A DNA stretch of 63,585 nt, filler included, from Chiloscyllium plagiosum (lineage: Eukaryota), in the NCBI RefSeq assembly GCF_004010195.1. It is 4 parts of one record of this genome, joined end to end, with 100 filler letters (N's around TTAATTAATTAA, not from the genome) between each part and the next. Parts side by side here need not be neighbours in the genome. Positions count along the whole stretch, not along the records: positions 56,524 to 63,585 come from NC_057716.1; 3 more parts are not named here. One strand, written 5' to 3'. Below the pieces are notes generated by a model. It searched no databases, was not told the DNA's origin, and worked only from the letters and a program-made list of their open reading frames with translations. Positions 60,212 through 63,585 of this stretch are shown piece by piece (position 1 is the first letter of the stretch; each line of letters begins with the position of its first letter). Both the position numbers and the translations under genes were made by a program.

Positions 60212-62923
60212 CTTGTGGCAGGATTGGAGAGCTTAGATCTAATCAGTTAGTTGTAGAATTGCTTAACTCTGTTTATCATTCACTGCTTATACGATTTAGC
60301 ATTTAAGTAATTCTATGCTGTAGTTTCAGGTGCCACCTCATTTTTGTGCTGCTCCTAGCATGCCTTTCCTCACTTTTCATTGAGCTAGAATTGATTCCTC
60401 AGTTTGATGGTAATGTTAAAGTGAGGAACAAGCTGGGCTATTTGGTCACAGATCATGTTCGAGTACAATTGTGCTGCTGATGGCCTACAGTACTTCAGGG
60501 ATGCCCAGTCCTGAGTTGCTAGGTCTGTTCAATTTAGTATGGTGATAATGCCACAACACAAGATGATATCCACAATATGAACACAGAACTATGTCTCCAC
60601 AAGGACCATGTGCTGTCACTGTTATGGAAACTGTCACGGACAGATGCATCTGTAGCAAGCAGATTGGTGAAGGCAAGATTGAGTATGTTTTATCCTCACC
60701 AAATATTGCAGACCCAGTCTAACCGCTTTGTTCTTTAGGACTTGAGCAACATGATCAATAGTGGTGTCACCAAGCTACTCCTGGTCAATAATATTGAAAA
60801 TCGCCTCCCCATAGTACATGCTGCACTCTTTCCACTCTTAGTACTTCCTCCAACTGGTATTCAACATAGAGGAGTACTGATTAATCAAATGAAATGGGGC
60901 TAGCATATGGTAACCAGCAGGAAGCTTCCTTGCCCACATTTAACCTGATGCCATGAGACTTCATGGAGTCCAGAGTCAATGCTGAGAGCTCCTTCAGCAG
61001 CTCCTCCTGAGTGTACAGCACTATGCTGCCACCTATGTTGGATCTGTCCTATTGGTGGGACAGGTCATATCCAGGGATAATGATGGTGGTTACAGTAGAT
61101 AATCCAACTGCATTTTACACAACTTTTAAAAAGCATTCATAGACACAGTATCACAAGATGTGCAGTATTTTATGGAATATGATCACAGATTGAGAGAATT
61201 GGATAGCAGAAAAAGGCTTAAAATAAAAATACATTTCTCAGACTCAAAAGGTGTGGTTAGATATTCCACTGAGACACTGTGCTTTTTAAACCTATAATAA
61301 GTAACTCATATTTAGAATTGAGGGAGCAAGAATGGCATTTGTTTATTGATGACATTTGTTCGTTGTGATACGGATTAAGGTTTGCAGTACACAGGCAGGC
61401 TCGCAGAATGGACAGTAAGGTGGCAGACATAGTGTAGTGCAGCAAAATGTGAAGCAATTACGTACAGCAAAGTAGAAACAAAATCTTAAATTTAGGTAGA
61501 CACATGGGAACATATGTTTAGTAATGACTGACTCTCTGCCTCCATGGAGAAAGCTCGCAGGATTGAGCTTCCTCAGCCAGTTAACAGCTGACCAATGAGC
61601 TTCATGATTACAGGTCTCAATGGTAAATTCCTCACAGTCAATCAGAGGCAAGTATCTTCTTGCACCCACAGATCAGCACTGATGGCCCAGAACTTCAGGG
61701 CAACTAAAAGAAGAAAGGTTTATTTCTTCAGGTACTGCGGCGTAGGGGTCATAGCGAGAGGGGTCAGCTGCCCCCTCTGCAGCCATCCCTTGTCCCAGTT
61801 GGCTCCAAATTAGAGTAAATGGCACCTCCTTCCATTGAAATCTGGTAGCAGGTCACTCTGGTTTCAGCTACTTTTTTCACTGCTGGGAAGGCAAATAATG
61901 GCATCAATAGTAAGTTGAAACCCTTAAATGGCCATGAATTGACAATTTAAGGGTTTTAATTGCTTTCTAGTGAAGAAAGTCAACAGTGCACCTTATGATT
62001 AGGACTTAAATACTGAGGTGGTATGAAGGGAGTGAATCTCTCTCCAGGGCCTACTCACCCAATTAGGTACCCTTCTTGCTACCTCTAGGGAGAAGAAATT
62101 GCACCCCAAGAGTTTCACGTATGTCCTTCAGGAGAGGGAACATACCACCTGGAACTTATCTGGTCAAATTGTGACTCTGCCCACCAAAAGTGGCTGATTT
62201 TTATTGTCCTCAACATAACTCAGGATGAATAATAAATGTTGCCACTGCCACTTCCCTAGAATATGTGAAGAAAAACCTGAACTGATGGAAATCTCCAAGA
62301 TTAGAGTTCTAATAGTGACAAACTGATTCAATTGGTCAATAAGTCGGTGGCAAACATGCACAAATTTAAGAAAATCACAAAAAGGCTTAGAGAAAAGCAT
62401 TGAAAGCAAAGGGAATGCAACCTGTCAAGGTCAGTATAGCTAAACAGATTTGTCACGAACTAACAGCCTACTTTACAATGAGTTTGATTTTCTTCACACT
62501 AACTGCTGATTCCTGTCAGCCTGTCTTGCATTTCTGGCATTGATTCATTTTACTGCCGTCTTATTTTATAATGAGTGATCAGGATGTGAATTCTCTGTTC
62601 CAACTTTTGTTGAAGAAGAATCAGTACAGTTTTAATTCTTTAAAAGGCAATTAAATTGCTCATTGAAAATGACAAATATTAAATAGTTTGGAAGTGTTAG
62701 AGGAATGACTTTAGGTCTGGTCGTTCATGTGAAGAAAACATTCACATGCACCTGATAGAAACAGACCCTTTATCAGATGCTATGCTGTATGATTTTATTT
62801 AACACTAGCATTTTGAGTAAGAATCAAGTTAGATGTAAGTTCCACATTGAGTAATGCCAAAACAGTTTAGTTTTTTTTTATCAGTAAGGATTTTTGAAAG
62901 AAAATAGCTTGTTCAGATCTTAC

Positions 62924-63099
62924 CTTGTAAAGTTTAAGAATTACTTTTATACATGCATGTACAAACTTCGTTTGCTTTTCAAGGCTTCCACCATAAAGTG
63001 CAACAAGCTCCTCATTAAAATCAATGCTAAAAAAATCGAAGTGGAATTTGTTATGTATGTTCTCAGCTTTCCTTAGTGCAACAGAGCCCAGGGAACGAA
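62924..63099 (-). CDS. PGAP1: Internal coding exon of GPI inositol-deacylase PGAP1 (equivalent to human exon 3)
   Basis: Encodes (V)[58 protein letters not shown], very close to recalled vertebrate PGAP1; bounded by TGTGTTTCAG acceptor (phase 1) and AAG|GTAAGA donor (phase 0); 176 nt. Confidence 0.93.
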
Positions 63100-63164
63100 C
63101 TGAAACACAAGACCAAATCAAAAGGATTTGTAAATATTCAGACAAAATAAAGAACTTATCAAAG

Positions 63165-63585
63165 GAGAGGAATTTCTTAAGTGTGTACAAGACAATTTTC
63201 TGATTCACTATGTGGATGTACCTACCAGAGAAGGTGCAAAACTTGATCTACTCTTGGGAAGTAAGTCGGGGCAGGTGACTGAGGTGTCAGTGGGGGAGCA
63301 TTTTGGAGCCAGCGACCATAATTGTATTCGCTTTAAAATAGTGATGGAAAAGGATAGACCAGATCTAAAAGTTGAAGTCCTAAATTGGAGAAAGGCCAAT
63401 TTTGACGGTATTAGGCAAGAACTTTTGAAAGCTGATTGGAGGCAGATGTTCACAGGTAAAAGGACGGCTGGAAAATGGGAAGCCTTCAGAAATGAGATAA
63501 CAAGAATCCAGAGAAAGTATATTCCTGTCAGAGTGAAAGGGAAGGCTGGTAGGTATAGGGAATACTGGATGACTAAAGAAATTGA
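63165..63585 (+). mobile_element. CR1 ORF2 fragment (end of endonuclease), same family as 2083-4750, running off the window
   Basis: [13 protein letters not shown]...GEHFGASDHN; highly similar to 2190-2605. Confidence 0.9.

Larger units (their letters stand above)
58540..61090 (-). mobile_element. Old degenerate CR1-superfamily LINE of a distinct family (also ~57340-57560), with nested PLE and HE1
   Basis: PTKWKIAQI...HKK.EKSN.AN..PINL.SVI.KVM...DIK..FD.V.H (59079-59636) and LGVTI..KLNW motifs. Confidence 0.75.

Overview
Repeat-dense vertebrate genomic DNA, most likely an elasmobranch (shark). This is inferred from HE1/V-SINE-type tRNA SINEs and HER1/CR1-type LINEs. The only host coding sequence I recognise is one 176-nt internal exon of PGAP1 (GPI inositol deacylase) on the minus strand at 62924-63099. 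I could not find the downstream PGAP1 exons in the remaining ~63 kb. Most of the rest is nested, degenerate retroelements: many CR1 LINE fragments, HE1 SINEs and a second tRNA SINE, several Penelope-like element (PLE) families with RT/GIY-YIG relics, a Tx1-clade LINE with stacked 3' ends, an L1 3' end, an L2 fossil, a Tigger/pogo fossil and a solo LTR. The most notable structure is a set of PLE termini carrying minimal hammerhead ribozyme motifs (CUGANGA...GAAA with a palindromic ACGU/AGCU stem III). Many of these occur as short fold-back insertions with 9-17 bp target-site duplications and a one-sided ~30-38 nt tail. Three 100-bp gaps contain an artificial TTAATTAATTAA linker. All calls were made by eye, and TE boundaries are approximate unless anchored by a TSD or splice site.
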